DNA of 64,000 nucleotides from Nitrospirales bacterium (GTDB lineage Bacteria; Nitrospirota; Nitrospiria; Nitrospirales; UBA8639): NCBI GenBank assembly GCA_965203295.1, contig CBDBCZ010000018.1, positions 768,001 to 832,000 of the forward strand, read 5' to 3'. Shown piece by piece: positions 12,221 to 39,546 of this stretch (position 1 is its first letter; each line of letters starts with the position of its first letter). The notes under the pieces were generated by a model. It saw only the letters and a program-made list of their open reading frames with translations, ran no database searches and was not told where the DNA came from. The position numbers and the translations under genes were made by a program.

Positions 12221-15200
12221 ATGAAAAAGCAACACATTTCCACAATCAGAATGAAGCAGTGTCTCCTAGCAATCAGTTGGCATAAGCTGACAATAATCAC
12301 ATTGTTGATCAGCTTCCCTTTGTACTGCACCCAAAGCACCCACTACATCAAGCCAACTGCTGACACACCATGTCCGGGAGAGCCCTGCCACACCCTCTCC
12401 CAGTATGGTGAGGAATACTTCCACAATATCAATTTAAATGCAACACTTGAGTTTCTCCCTGGTGATCACACTCTCAACTTCACCATCTCATTGGGAACTC
12501 TCTCCAATTCTTGGGATAATAGTCAGCCAGGTGACTACTACCCTTCCTCTTCCCTCACTTTACTTGGAAGCCCCGCCTTCCTTCCAGAGATCACTAGCAG
12601 GATAGTGTGCACATGGCCAGCTGGTTTTCTCTTTTCAGGTATCACTGAAGTGCATGTAACTGCACTGACCTTTTTCTCATGTGGACATAATGACAGTGCC
12701 GCTCTTAAAATCCTGGCAGTGGGGAAAACCAATATTACAAAGTCCACTTTCCTAAACAACAAAAACAGTCGGTCTGGATCAAGTGAGGAAGGGTTTGGAG
12801 GTGCTATTTATGTACACAGCAGTAATATTACTTTTGCAGAAAACATCTTTCAACACAACATTGCAGACAATGGTGGTGCAATTGAAATTTCCTCCAACAA
12901 TGAAGTCACTTTCTCAAGGAACACATTTTACAACAACTCAGCTTATTACTTTGGAGGAGCTCTTTATGCAAATACAAAGACCAAGCTCACCCTCTTAGAG
13001 AACACATTTCAGAACAACTCTGCTGAATCCTCAGGAGGTGCTCTTTTTGCATACACAAACAATGCCATTACCCTCTCAGAGAACAGATTTCAGAATAACC
13101 TTGCCAAAAATGGAGGTACTCTATTTGTATACTCAGAAAACACCCTCACCCTTTCAAAGAACACAATTCGGGGCAACTTTGCTGAATATGGAGGTGCTGT
13201 TTACGCAGAAACAAACAACACACTCATCTTCTCAGGGGACACATTTCAGAATAACTTTGCTGGTTATGGAGGTGCTCTTTATACAGGTAGAAACAACACC
13301 CTCACCATCTCAAAGAACACATTTCAGAACAACTCTGCTTTATCTAATGGAGGTGCACTTACTACATATACACACAATACCCTCACCCTCTCAGACAATA
13401 CATTTATTAATAACTCTGCTGGTGCTGGAGGTGCTGTTTTTGTATATTCATATAGCACTCTCACCCTTTCAAATAACATAATTCAGAACAACTCTGTACG
13501 TAATGCCGGAGGGGCTCTTTATGTATACACAAACAATCTACTAATTATCTCAGTGAATACATTTCAGAATAACTTTGCTAATTATCTCGGAGGTACTCTT
13601 GCTGCTATGTTAAATACCTACCTCACACTCTCAGGGAACACATTTAAAAACAACTATGCTGGTAATGCCGGAGGTTCTATTTTTTTGAATACAAGCAACA
13701 TCTTCTCCCTCTCAGAGAACACTTTTCAAAGGAACTGTGCTGAATATTACGGAGGTGCTCTTTATGCAGATGAAAACAACACCCTCACCCTCTCAGGGAA
13801 CACATTTCAAAACAACTGTGCTTCATCTACTGGAGGTGTTATTACAGCATTTACAAACAACACCCTCATCCTCTCAGGGAACACATTAATGAATAACTTT
13901 GCAGGTACTTCCGGAGGTGCTCTTTTTTCACATTCAAATAGCACTCTCACCCTTTCAGATAACACAATTCAGAACAACTCTGCAAGTAATGCCGGAGGTG
14001 CTCTTTTTTCATATTCATACAGCACTCTTATCCTTGCAGGTAACACCATTCAGAACAACTCTGCAGGTAATGCTGGGGGTGCTCTTTATTCATATACAAA
14101 TATTGTATTCACCCTCTTGGAGAATATATTTCAGAACAACTCTGCTGGTAATGCTGGAGGTGTTCTTCTTGCAAATACAAGCAACACCTTCACCCTCTTG
14201 GAGAATATATTTCAAAACAACTCTGCTGGTAATGCTGGAGGTGCTCTTTTTGCAAATAAAAGCAACATCTTTGCCCTCTCAGAGAACACTTTTCAAAAGA
14301 ACTCTGCTGAATATTCCGGAGGTGCTCTTTATGGTGATAGAAACAACACCTTTGAGCTTTCAGAGAACACATTTCTAAACAACTCTGCTTTATCTACCGG
14401 AGGTACACTTACAGCATTTACAAACAACACCCTCACCCTCTCAGAGAACACATTCATGAACAATTTTGTTGGTAGCGCCGGTGGTGTTCTTTTTTCACAT
14501 TCATATAGCACTCTCATTCTTTCAGATAATACATTTCAAAACAACTCTGCAGGAAGTGCTGGAGGTACTCTTTACGTATATACAAACAACACACTCATCA
14601 TCTCAGGGAACACATTTCAGAACAACTCTGCCGGTTATTCTGGAGGTGCTCTTGCAGCAATGATAAACAACCACCTCACGTTCTCTGAGAATACATTTCA
14701 GAAAAATTATGCTGGTAATGCAGGAGGTGCTCTTTTTGCAAATACAAGCAATACCTTCTTTCTCTCAGAGAATACTTTTCAAATGAGCTCTGCTGAATTT
14801 GGAGGTGCTCTTACTGCATATGGAAACAACACACTCACCCTCTCAAAGAACACATTTCAAAATAACTCTGCTGGTAATGCAGGTGGTGTACTTATTGCAT
14901 ATTACAAATACAACATTCTCACACTCTCAGAAAACACTTTCCAAAGCAATTCAGCTGTTTATGGAGGAGCCCTGGTAGCACGAGAAAGCACAGTAAATCT
15001 TACTAACAACACTCTCTTTGGAAATATAGCTGAGTTAAATGGTGGAGCTATTCTTTGCTTTAGCAATTGCACTTTACTAGTACATGGGAGTCACATTGTG
15101 AGGAATAACATAGCTCAGCGTGGTGGGGCTATTGCTGCATTAGGCTGTAAAGTAGTTCTTACTGGAGATGCAATACTTGAGAACAACACAGCCTATTATG

Positions 15201-17014
15201 GTGGAGGGCTATACGCTCAACAAGCAGAGATAGGTGGTAATGCATACCTTATAAAAAATTTTGCTCGTAGAAGTGGAGGCGGTGTTTATGCATCAAGAAG
15301 TGTTTTATACTTCAAAAGCACCTTTCGGTTTGATGAAAATTTAGCATTAAATGGCGGTGGACTGCTATTTGCTGATGGTTCTAGATTTTACCTTTGGCCA
15401 AAAACAACTGTTCACTTTACAAAGAACTCTGCACAGCAAAAAGGAGGAGCAATTAAAGTCACAAGAAACAATCCTCTCAGTCATTGTGTTGAAGAATCTT
15501 GCAATTTTTTAACTGGGAGTGACTGCTTCTTTCAAGTTCAGACCGAAAGACACTATAATTTTACCACAATTGTCCAAGAAATTGCTGAACTAAAGAATAT
15601 CAGATTGTACTTCCAAAATAATACAGCTCACGAAGCAGGTGCAATGTTATATGGTGGTTCAGTTGATAACTGCAGTCTTAGCCTCATTAACCCACAACTT
15701 GTAGGTTATCTTGAGCCCTACAAGTGTTCCAGCAGTGGTGAAGTATTTGACTATATAAGTACTTTATATGAACAATTTCAGGACATTTCCTCAGACCCAC
15801 TGTACATCTGCTCATGTGTAGATGGTGAACCAGATTGCAGTGCCTCTTCCATCTCAAGATTAGTGTATCCAGGAGGAACAATAAAAATTACCACAATCGC
15901 ATATGGACAGCGGAACGGAACAACTCCTGCGGTGGTGTATATGATCACACCCGGTGAAGAAATTACAACTAAAGAGTCTGAAAAAACTCAGGGGATCACA
16001 AAAAGTTGTACTTCTCTCAACTACACTGTGCAGACACGTACTGAAGGTAGTAATTATGAAATGATGCTGTATGTGGGTTCCTGTCCACCTAATGAAAGAA
16101 CAGAATTGTCAGGACCTACTAATGTTATTACAGTTCATGTCACTATACTTGATTGTCCTCATGGATTTGAGCTTTCAGGTTATGAACCACTTTGCAACTG
16201 TGCACAGAGACTTCAGCAATATACAAATACATGCAAGATAGCTGACAGGACAATAGAGCGTGCTACACATCATGAGTTTTGGGTGGGATACAAAGAAGAT
16301 AATACATCATCCGATGGTTTGATTCTTCATCGTCATTGTCCCTTTGATTACTGCACATCCAATGAACTGTATTTAGCAGTCGATGACAGTGATAAACAGT
16401 GCGTTGCCAACCGAACTGGCCTACTGTGTGGAAAATGCACTCCAAATTTCAGCCTTGCACTGGGTACTAACCGCTGCTTGCAGTGTTCCAGTAACTACCT
16501 CTGGCTCATAGCAGCATTTGCTTTCGCTGGTGTGGCATTAGTACTTGTACTATTAGTACTAAGGCTAACAGTTGCTGTTGGTACGATCAACGGGCTGATT
16601 TTCTATGCCAACGTTTTCTCAATGAACTCCGCAACATTCTTTAGTCCACATACTAATGTTCTGACGGTATTTATAGCCTGGCTAAACTTAGATCTAGGAA
16701 TTGAAACTTGCTTTTATGATGGCATGGATGCCTATGCTAAAGCATGGCTGCAGTTTGTGTTTCCTATCTATGTGTGGGCACTTGTAGGAATCATAATCCT
16801 CATTAGTCACTACTCCTCAAAAGTGGCTACCTTCTTGGAACTAATCCAGCCGCAGTTCTCGCAACACTCTTTCTGCTATCATACAGTAAGCTTCTCCGGG
16901 CAGTCATTACAGCTCTTTCTTTCACTCTCCTGGAATATCCAAACAACTCAAAAATTGCTGTATGGCTCTACGATGGAAATATTGGATATCTCAGCAAAAA
17001 CCACACTTTTTTGA
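12221..17014 (+). pseudogene. Pmp-like beta-helix / TM protein paralog B, repeat-expanded, frameshifted and 3'-truncated
   Basis: 1597-codon ORF with ~34 GG motifs. A 1-nt deletion at ~16833 (GCTACCTTCTTGG vs paralog A GCTACCATTCTTGG) shifts frame after HYSSKVAT. Nucleotide homology to A ends at ~17005, so the last TM helices and the LREPC tail are absent. Confidence 0.8.
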
Positions 17015-17446
17015 ATGTGTTAACATTACTTTACATTTATTTCAATGTGTGAAAAATACTATAGTTTATTCCCGGAAGCCAGTGCCTTTTACGTTTTAGT
17101 TTTAGATAGTTAATCAAAATCTGTTTTTGCACCTACTAAACACTTTTCGTTTTACGTTTTAGCAAACTAAATATTGATGACACCCATACCTATATATAAT
17201 TGGGGCTGCAGGTTTTATTATAGAAGCAGCCAAATTTAAACTATGGGATATATTCATTTAGTAAAAAGTAGTCAAAAAACAAACAGTACTATAGTTATAT
17301 ACAATGAAGGGCATGTTTAGGCCTATTACAAATCAGTCAGTAGGTAAGAAATCATGGATAACAATAATAATTAGTGACAGGTATTTTTACAGTTCTAGCT
17401 GTCAGGTGATTTGAAAGCATTACTGTGATAGTTGTGATTTACAGTG

Positions 17447-31684
<14,238 letters not shown>

Positions 31685-31812
31685 GTTTCAATACAGGCTT
31701 TCAGAGTCTAGACACTGACAGCTAGGTTTATAGCTAGTATGGTTTGTTCGTGACTGAGTAAACTGGAATGCCTCATGTGACCTTGGCAGCTATACAAATC
31801 ACTAGGATGGTG

Positions 31813-31877
31813 CAAAGTGCTTAGCAACAGACACAAAGTGCTTAGCAACAGACACAAAGTGCTTAGCAACAGACACA
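31813..31877. repeat. 22-bp tandem repeat x3 (CAAAGTGCTTAGCAACAGACAC) upstream of the ABCB1 ATG
   Basis: Direct observation. Confidence 0.9.
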
Positions 31878-32129
31878 CCCACATTCATTCCTTGGCTGTC
31901 AATACCGGGCAGAGTTCTCTTGAGTGATTATGGCCAAAGCGATACATGTAGTTTGGCTTGCTCACGTACACGCCCTTTTAAAGAAATAAAATTGTGATAC
32001 CTAGGTGTGGCGTAAATATTTACAATTACAATTAGTGTATTAAATTGGTAAAATTGCTGTTCACAATTTTCCGGAGCTACCAAAAGCAGATTTAATAGAA
32101 AAGATGGGACAGTATAATGTATCCACAGA

Positions 32130-32360
32130 TACATTATACACTACATACCTCCGCTCTCAAGGTCCACGACTTCGGTTACACAAAAAAGTCGCAGTGCCGG
32201 ACGTCTAAAGTCACGTGATCAGCAAGCGTCTCTATCCGCTTCGAAAGGCGGCGGGAAATTCCCAACATTATTTTTATGCACAAAAGGGCATACAAGAGTG
32301 TAGGCTCACTGCCTTCATTCGTTGTCTCAGAATTGCAACTGTTCTCGCCCACACTCATAA
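32130..32360. promoter_or_regulatory. CpG-rich putative promoter upstream of ABCB1
   Basis: Local CpG enrichment in CpG-poor DNA; E-box GTCACGTGAT (32210-32219) and E2F-like GGCGGGAAA (~32251). Confidence 0.4.
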
Positions 32361-33430
32361 TTGCAGGTCTAGATTATGCTAGGACTAGCCGTGGTTAATT
32401 ATTTGTGTGCACTTAACATACTTGAAAAGGTTTATTAAGTGTACCGTTATGCGGAGATTAGGCTATACATTTGGCGTTTGGTTGACAAAATTGTACAAGT
32501 GATAGCAAGTACAACTTGACCGCCTGAATATCTATTTCAAGCCCCATTTTCCGTAATAAGAAACGTAACCTATCATGTGAAAGAGAATACACTCTGTTTA
32601 GGGAGCTATAGTTCTGGAGAACTAGCCAATTCAATCTCAAACACTGATTTCGTTTGTGTGAAATGTTTATAGCAGTTGATATACGGCATTAATTTAATTG
32701 CATGCATAACACATAGCACATAGAATTGTAATTGTCATTGCATGACAGATCATGATAGCGATGGTATAATTATAAAGTGGAGTTTGGCTCCCAAATCGTA
32801 AACTAAGGATGTAGTGTCATGGAGGATATAATATTTGTTTGACAACACAATAATACATGTTAGCTACCAGAAATAGACTGAATCCAACTTTAGTCACATT
32901 TCATACTTCTTTGGCACTATACAGAATGTCACTATCACACCCATGCAGACATGCAGTATTGTAGTCAGTCAAGCCCGGAGTCATTATTCTAGCAAGCCAG
33001 GTCACTCCCTAGCACAGCAGCCAAACCATTTTGAAGAATAGTGACCTTAAATGGATAACTTGTACCTCCACTTTTTCAAACTGTCCTGACTTGATCTGAG
33101 GAGAAACTGTCAATAAGTTACAATTCTCCCTGTAGCTAATCTGTATAAAAAAGGATAAATATACAGAATTTATGATGCATGATTCAAGATTTCAAGCTTG
33201 ATTCAGCAATGCTTTGATGATGCGACATTGTGATTGCAGTGTGTGATATGTTTTTAATAAAATTAGCATTGAGAATTTACCAGAAAGCCACTGTATCTTT
33301 GTGCTAAAGCAAGATTACACCACTTACTTTATAAATTTAAAGGAGCGATACCTTTATCAAAGAAGGTTTTCTTTTCTATACGCTCCTTTTCACTATTGTT
33401 CCCTATGCAGGTTCCTCCCTGGTGGTTTCA

Positions 33431-33778
33431 TTTGCACCTGGTTGTATTGTATTTCAACAAGGCCACTCTTTACTCCATAATGCACAGTAACATTTTCACT
33501 AGGGAATAGCTTGACCTGTACAAGACATTGGTAGACAATATAGTATTCCATTACCTCGGACCTTTAATTATTGTTAGCGAACAAGACCTAGTTTTTATTT
33601 GCACCTGGTTGTATTGTCTGGGGAGTGGACATTTCAACAAGGCCACTCTTTACTCCATAATGCGCAGTAACATTTTCACTAGGGAATAGCTTGACCTGTA
33701 CAAGAACTGGGTAGACAATACAGCATTCCATAACCTTGGACCTTTGGACCTTTAATTACTGGTCGAGAACAAGACCTA
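33431..33778. repeat. ~167-bp tandem duplication
   Basis: TTTGCACCTGGTTGTATTGT...CAAGACCTA occurs twice (33431, 33598). Confidence 0.9.
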
Positions 33779-34319
33779 ATGCATGGCTACATTGTCGCCT
33801 AGGCTTAGGCTTGGGCAGATTATGCAAGGAATAACCGGCATGAGGCGGTGATCATTGAAGATAATGTGGGGAATAAAAGAGCAGTTTGAGGGAATAGCTT
33901 TCTTCAAAATATTTGTAGTATTCATTTTGTTTATGGCAGGGGTTATAATGGAAGAATGGCTTGTCTACAGCAGCAAAATAATTTTTGTAGCGGATCTGTA
34001 ATGAAGTCCAGCCTTACGTTAGCGATCTAATTACTGTAACCCTTACATACCGTAACCATTACCAAGAATGTGAATATATGTTCTTTTAATTAGAATTAGT
34101 TGATGCACTGAAGTGCAAGCCTGGATAATGTTTGAGCCCCTCAATAGTAATAAATAATGTCCCAAGCCAGTAATAAGCAAAGAAAGTGCCATACATGAAG
34201 ATTATTTTTTTAGTGGGGGAAACAATGGGGTAATTTTGTAACTTTTTGAGCATAATTCACCAAAGTATGGGGTTTTGTTTTGTTTCTTTGGGCATTAAAG
34301 TGGCCTATACCGGTGAAAG

Positions 34320-34545
34320 GGTTGTGTCAATGTAAAAAAGGAGACACTGTGACTGCATTAAGTGTAACGGTTCAGAAGGGTTTGCGCTAGTGCCTTCAGG
34401 ATGTCAAATGCTACAAAACCAGTCTGTGATGTCAGGATCAAGGGTTGCTGGGGTATGCCCCCTGTGTTCCTTGACTGGAATTCTAACCGGCATTAGTAGG
34501 CTGGAATCCAGCAGGAGCTGTAAAATAAAAATTGCCTTGTCTTAC
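34320..34545 (-). pseudogene. Degenerate copy of the secreted hairpin-peptide precursor family
   Basis: Minus-strand fragments translate as LLLDSSLL/AG, PDITD and VAFDILKALAQTLLNRYT*C, matching LLVASLLIAGC, PDISEE and AAFEVLGTLAQILLGCYS. No ATG, with frameshifts and stops; the family promoter motif is present at 34624-34672. Confidence 0.75.
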
Positions 34546-35729
34546 TGATTTGTAAATTAAAAAAACCAACATATTTGATTAATGCTAGCGATTGTATTCT
34601 GCTCCATTTATGTACAAATACAAGTGCAAGGGTGTTCAATGCCGTTCACTGGCACACCTCTAATTCTGGCATAACAAAGTTCAACACTCTAGGCGTGACT
34701 GATGAGATCTAAACAGTAATGTTATGGGCAAGGCCATATCAATTACACTGTTCCATAATTGTTCAAACTATCTGGCTGTGACTTGTATGTATGAGAGTTT
34801 AATTAATTTTTGGCACAAATATTCTCAATATTAGTGCATTCTTTGGCTTCATTTTACACGTTAAAAATACTTGGTGTGGCTGAGGTAGACACATTATTAT
34901 GCAAGTTGCCAAATTAATGTCTCCTTATAGTGTCCTACATCATTTGCAGCTAGTATTAAATAACCTTTAAACTATGTACGCCTCCTTAATGATCTACCTA
35001 CGTAGCTACATATACTGGATACAAGGTATAATCACTTTATGCCACTGTAAATAACTTTTGCAAATGGGATCAATTGGAATTTGATGGGAGAAATTGATTT
35101 TTTAATGTTTTTGATCCATTGATTCGCCACTTAGACTTCGACCTGATCATCTCCTAAAAATTATCTAGATTGTTTGATTCCCTTTGGATCCCATTCACAA
35201 GCATTTCTACAAGCAACGCATAAAAATTATGGTTACGTGCTTGGCTGTATCGATCACATTTAGTCATCTGTATAACCACTTAGGCACTTAGCACCACCAT
35301 AACAAGAATCCAATGGCTGTCATTTTTAAAGGCTCTGTTATAGTGACACTAGTTCAAAATCAGCAAATTAATTACCCCTGTGTTAGTATCTCAGGGTAAT
35401 TCTATACCATAATTATACATGCTCGCACATTCGGGTAGTCATTGCTTAACTCCTTAGTATGGTTTGCATAGCTTTACTACATCTCTCCAAGATAACATCT
35501 TTATTGCACTAACTTTGGACAAGGAAATGAATGTGGTGTTATACATTGAAAGATACTGATCTGTTACAGAATCATATTTATGAGCATAATATTTTATAAC
35601 CTGATATAAAAATACTGCAATGCATACTGTCTGTAATCAAACTAGACCTAAAAAACAATAGTTACACTACTGTCAGCTCTAACTGTTGTATACTGTTCGC
35701 CCAGCGAAGGGGATGTTCAGGTAGTTCTT

Positions 35730-36029
35730 TCAGGGAGTAGCACTAGCGTTAACGACGCCATTAAGAAAACAGTTAACCACCAGAAAGTTCTGTAACGGTG
35801 AAATAGGGAAGGCGATGACTCCAGCATCAGAGTAACAGCCCAGGAGGATTTGGGCTAGGGTCCCCAGGACTTCAAACGCTGCAGACACTAGCTCTTCAAA
35901 GAAAGATGGCGAAGGTATGGTAATGCGTGAAGGCGACCTGGTGGTCCCGGTCGTGGATGATCGTCTAGCGTAGCAACCAGCAATCAGCAGGCTAGCCACC
36001 AGCAGGATAAGTACTGTTCCTCGCTTCAT
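35730..36029 (-). CDS. Secreted cationic/hairpin peptide precursor 1 (99 aa, outer Cys pair only)
   Basis: MKRGTVLILLVASLLIAGCYA|RRSSTTG...CYSDAGVIAFPISPLQNFLVVNC...; TATA box at 36111-36118; paralogous to neighbours. Confidence 0.85.
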   Translation of the reverse strand: MKRGTVLILLVASLLIAGCYARRSSTTGTTRSPSRITIPSPSFFEELVSAAFEVLGTLAQILLGCYSDAGVIAFPISPLQNFLVVNCFLNGVVNASATP

Positions 36030-36105
36030 CTTTAATGGTCTTGTATCAGCCTTCTGAATCAATGAATAACTTGGATATTTGGTTTTGTAGTAGCTAGTGC
36101 TTGTG

Positions 36106-36170
36106 CTCCCTTTATATACAAACGCTAGTGCATGGGTGTTTCCTGGCACACCCCCAATTCTGGCACAAGT
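36106..36170 (-). promoter_or_regulatory. Conserved TATA plus GGGTGT...CACACCC promoter module of the peptide family
   Basis: Related motif at 34624-34672, 39669-39708, 41613-41662 and 43899-43940, each just upstream of a TATA-like box. Confidence 0.7.
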
Positions 36171-39100
36171 AGTTGCCAGGGGTGTGGCCATACCAACCAG
36201 CCAAATGCATGGGTGTTCTAATTGATTCTGGCAAGCTTTCATGTTTAGACATTGAACACAATCCAGCACGACCTCCATCTAGTTTGATATCTCTTTCACA
36301 CCCAAGTCTGGTATATAAATATGTCCTTTTTAGACCAATGTGTGGCTAGATCAAAGACACCCGTACAACTTGTCTACTGCAGTATAGAGGACTGCTCAAA
36401 ATATGACAGAAGAGTAGCTAAGGCAATAGTAACACTCACCACTTTTGTCATGGTTTACAGGATTCTGTATAAAAAGCGCTAAAAAGTTTTCTCGTTTGTC
36501 TTTAAGCGTATCCCCTAGGAATAGACATCTTTCGAAAGCTCTCCCGAAGTAGATTCAGAATATCTCGCCAACCCCGTTCAACCCCTGGGTCATTGCAGAG
36601 CTACGGTCGTTTAAATATCTAGCTATCGGCAAGGCGAGACTACATACTGGATTCTATCTAGTAACGGAAAGATGCTGCCCGTATAGGTCCGTTTCAGCCA
36701 TCTTACAGCAGTCTACAGGCTATTGCAGCTTTATAACGAGCTATGCTTACCTTCTCAGTGAGCTAATTGCATGCTGGAATGCAACGTGGAATGTAATAAA
36801 GTGCAGCAAAAGGCACGTGACCGCGCACGTTAATGAATGCGTGTCCAACCTCCTCTGGTGTATGTGCGTGTGTGGGAGAGAGTGGGGGGTTAAGGGTTGT
36901 GCAGTGGGGGACTGGGGGAGGGGACTGCCATAGACTGCTGGTCTAGGAAACATCAGCCCCCGACACTTTTACTTGAGTTCACGATCGGGGTGGTTCATCT
37001 CGGCCAAACCCATTCGAACCCGGTTTCATCAAACAAAGCTTTGGTTCTGCACAATATAGGGAGATTTGAGTCATGCACCCCCAAATTTTCGTTAAAGTTG
37101 CTAGCCTTCTGAGATTTGCTTCAAATTGAGACATTCTGAGAGATTTTAGAGTTCATATATTACATTTGGTATTACACAGCTAGTACATTGCAAGTCTCTG
37201 TTACCCTTAGCCCAGGGTAACTCCCTAAGAAAGTTATCCTGGAATTAAATGCTAGGTTACCCCTGCCAAAGATGCTCCAGCATAGTGTGTGATATAGTCA
37301 TAGTACTGTGTAAATTTACTGTACAAAATACATGAGGGTAGTTTTGCCAATGACCTTAATTTAAAATTTTCTCCCACTCATTATCCCCATACCAATTTTG
37401 GATTATTAACTTAGCATGTGTGCACACAATTTGTATACAGTATAGTGGCACAAAGCCAAGCATACATGTACATGCAGGTACTGTAACTGAATGTGACATT
37501 AACTCTTTTCCAGCCAACGACACGTTTATGTGCCCATAATTCAGATTCAACTATAATATTGCTTAAAAATCATTACTATAGTTAAGAGTTAGCTAAAATA
37601 TATGTAAGAATAGATTCTGCATACACACATATCTCATGCTTAGTATAAGTTAATTAACATTCTGCAGGTGAATGAGACATAAAGTCAGCAAAAACAATAT
37701 TGTGTAAGGTCACTATTGTTGTGATAAGTTTTTTCCTCCTTCTATAACTGTTGGGACTAATAGATCCACACCTATACTTTTTTGGCATGCATTCATGACT
37801 GAGTACTCCTATATATACATAGTATGCTCCCATCCAGCCAAAACTTAAGTTAAAATTTTTCTTCAAACAGGCTGTTTCAGTAGGGTTAATGTCACCCAAC
37901 ATTGCTCATAGCGTACTGTACATAAATCTCATAGCTAGTCACTGGAACAGTCATGTCCTCCCATCACATTTACCTTTTTAAGTCAGTGATTTTGAGTTAC
38001 ATATTTATTAGCTACCCTGATGCTATTTAGAGCAGGTTTGTTCATTAATACACTCTTATGTAGTCATTGCCGTCTACACGCTAGTGGTGTATCTACATAT
38101 TGGGCTATTCCACTATTTAAGCAAACCCTCCCTTAACTTTGCTTTTGCCGATTTCTTTCCTAGTCTGTAGTCTGTTTGTAGCGTTAATGGTGTTAATTAA
38201 CTCTTACTTCCTACACTTCTTTTGTAAGGATGGTGTGTATTAGAATGGCTTCACATAGCTATTTTGTTTAGTAAAAGGCTAATGGAGAAGAAAAGAAAAA
38301 ATGTGGTTATATAACTATAATAAAAATGGTTACTAAAACTCTTTTAATCTCAATTATTTTTTCCTACTAAAACACCTTGTTGTCTTTTCTTCAATAACAT
38401 TACTGTATGCAGATATCTAAAAGTCAACCAACCAGCCAATTATAGCTTTAAAATATTTTGGGAATACAAGTAGTTGTAATACAGAGATTGCTTGCCTACC
38501 CTGTAGTTTAACAGCTCTATATGTAAGCATGAGCACATCAGCTATGTGTTCCTGGTGTAAGAAATAAAACATCTAACGCACAGCTAGATAGTAGCATTGA
38601 GTATAATTTACAGGAAATACACGAGAGGCTTCATTTGATAGACCACGAGCATGAAGCTCTAACTGCCAATTAGAGTAGTTAGTGTATATGCTCTATTTCG
38701 TAGTTAGTATATGTTACTATAGTAACAAGTGTATGGAAACATTTTCATAGAGTATAGCATAAGAAGCTGAAGATGTACATATACTAAATGGCTCAGAGCA
38801 TGGGCAGCTCTATGTTCTAACTAGACCTCGGCTTCGCCTCGACCTAGTTAGAACATAGCTGCCTTTGACTTATAGACTACTATCGGTATCTTTGAACTGT
38901 CCACGCAATATAGTGCAACTAGTGTATTTGATCTTTGTGAAAGAAGTACTACTGAACCATTCTTCAGCAGCAGGGTTAGCAAAAGCCATATAAGCACAGA
39001 ACTTCTGCATTGCATTAGCCCCTTAAAAGATGAATGATTGTTGTGTTAATATCAATTCTTGATGAAGAAATGATGAATACAATCGTATTAACTTGGGAGC

Positions 39101-39219
39101 TGGCAGTGTCTTATTCTCAATCACAATTCATAGTCTACTGCAATCTAGCACAAAAAGTAGCTGCACTACATGACTCTGTTCAGGAAAGTACTACTATACA
39201 TCACTGCCCGGGGAGAGAG

Positions 39220-39546
39220 CTATATAGCGAGAGCCACAAGAATACAGTTCACTACACAGAATCTGTTTCCACTGGTAGGAGGAAACTTGGTTACTCTGCA
39301 TTGAGTCAAACAGTTTGCTATTGGCCCTAGGACTTCAAAATCTCCAGACCCCGTCTCTTCTGAGATATCCGGAGGAGGGGATGTTGGTTGTACTGGCGTA
39401 CGATTCCTGGTTCCTCGTGTACGCGTCCCTGTTCCTCGCGTATTCATCCCAGTTCCACGTGTACGCATCCTGCTTCTATGCCTGGCATGGCAATCAGCAA
39501 TTAGTAGGCTGGCAATGAATAGAAGAAACACAGTACCACGCAACAT
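39220..39546 (-). CDS. Secreted cationic/hairpin peptide precursor 2 (108 aa)
   Basis: Signal peptide, RTRGTG-type repeats, PDISEE, CLTQC-x13-CVVNC. Confidence 0.85.
   Translation of the reverse strand: MLRGTVFLLFIASLLIADCHARHRSRMRTRGTGMNTRGTGTRTRGTRNRTPVQPTSPPPDISEETGSGDFEVLGPIANCLTQCRVTKFPPTSGNRFCVVNCILVALAI

Noticed and set aside
2712..17014. Bacterial (chlamydial) origin or contamination suggested by Pmp-like repeats
   Set aside because: No autotransporter beta-barrel; eukaryotic signal peptides, helical TM region, upstream splice acceptors and neighbouring spliceosomal genes.
36030..36278. N-terminal ORF extensions of precursor 1 (and 41514-41687 of precursor 3)
   Set aside because: They run through the TATA/promoter module; paralog alignment places the start at the signal-peptide Met.
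36460..37140. CpG-rich block, possible DNA transposon relic
   Set aside because: Could not identify TIRs, TSD or coding remnants by eye.
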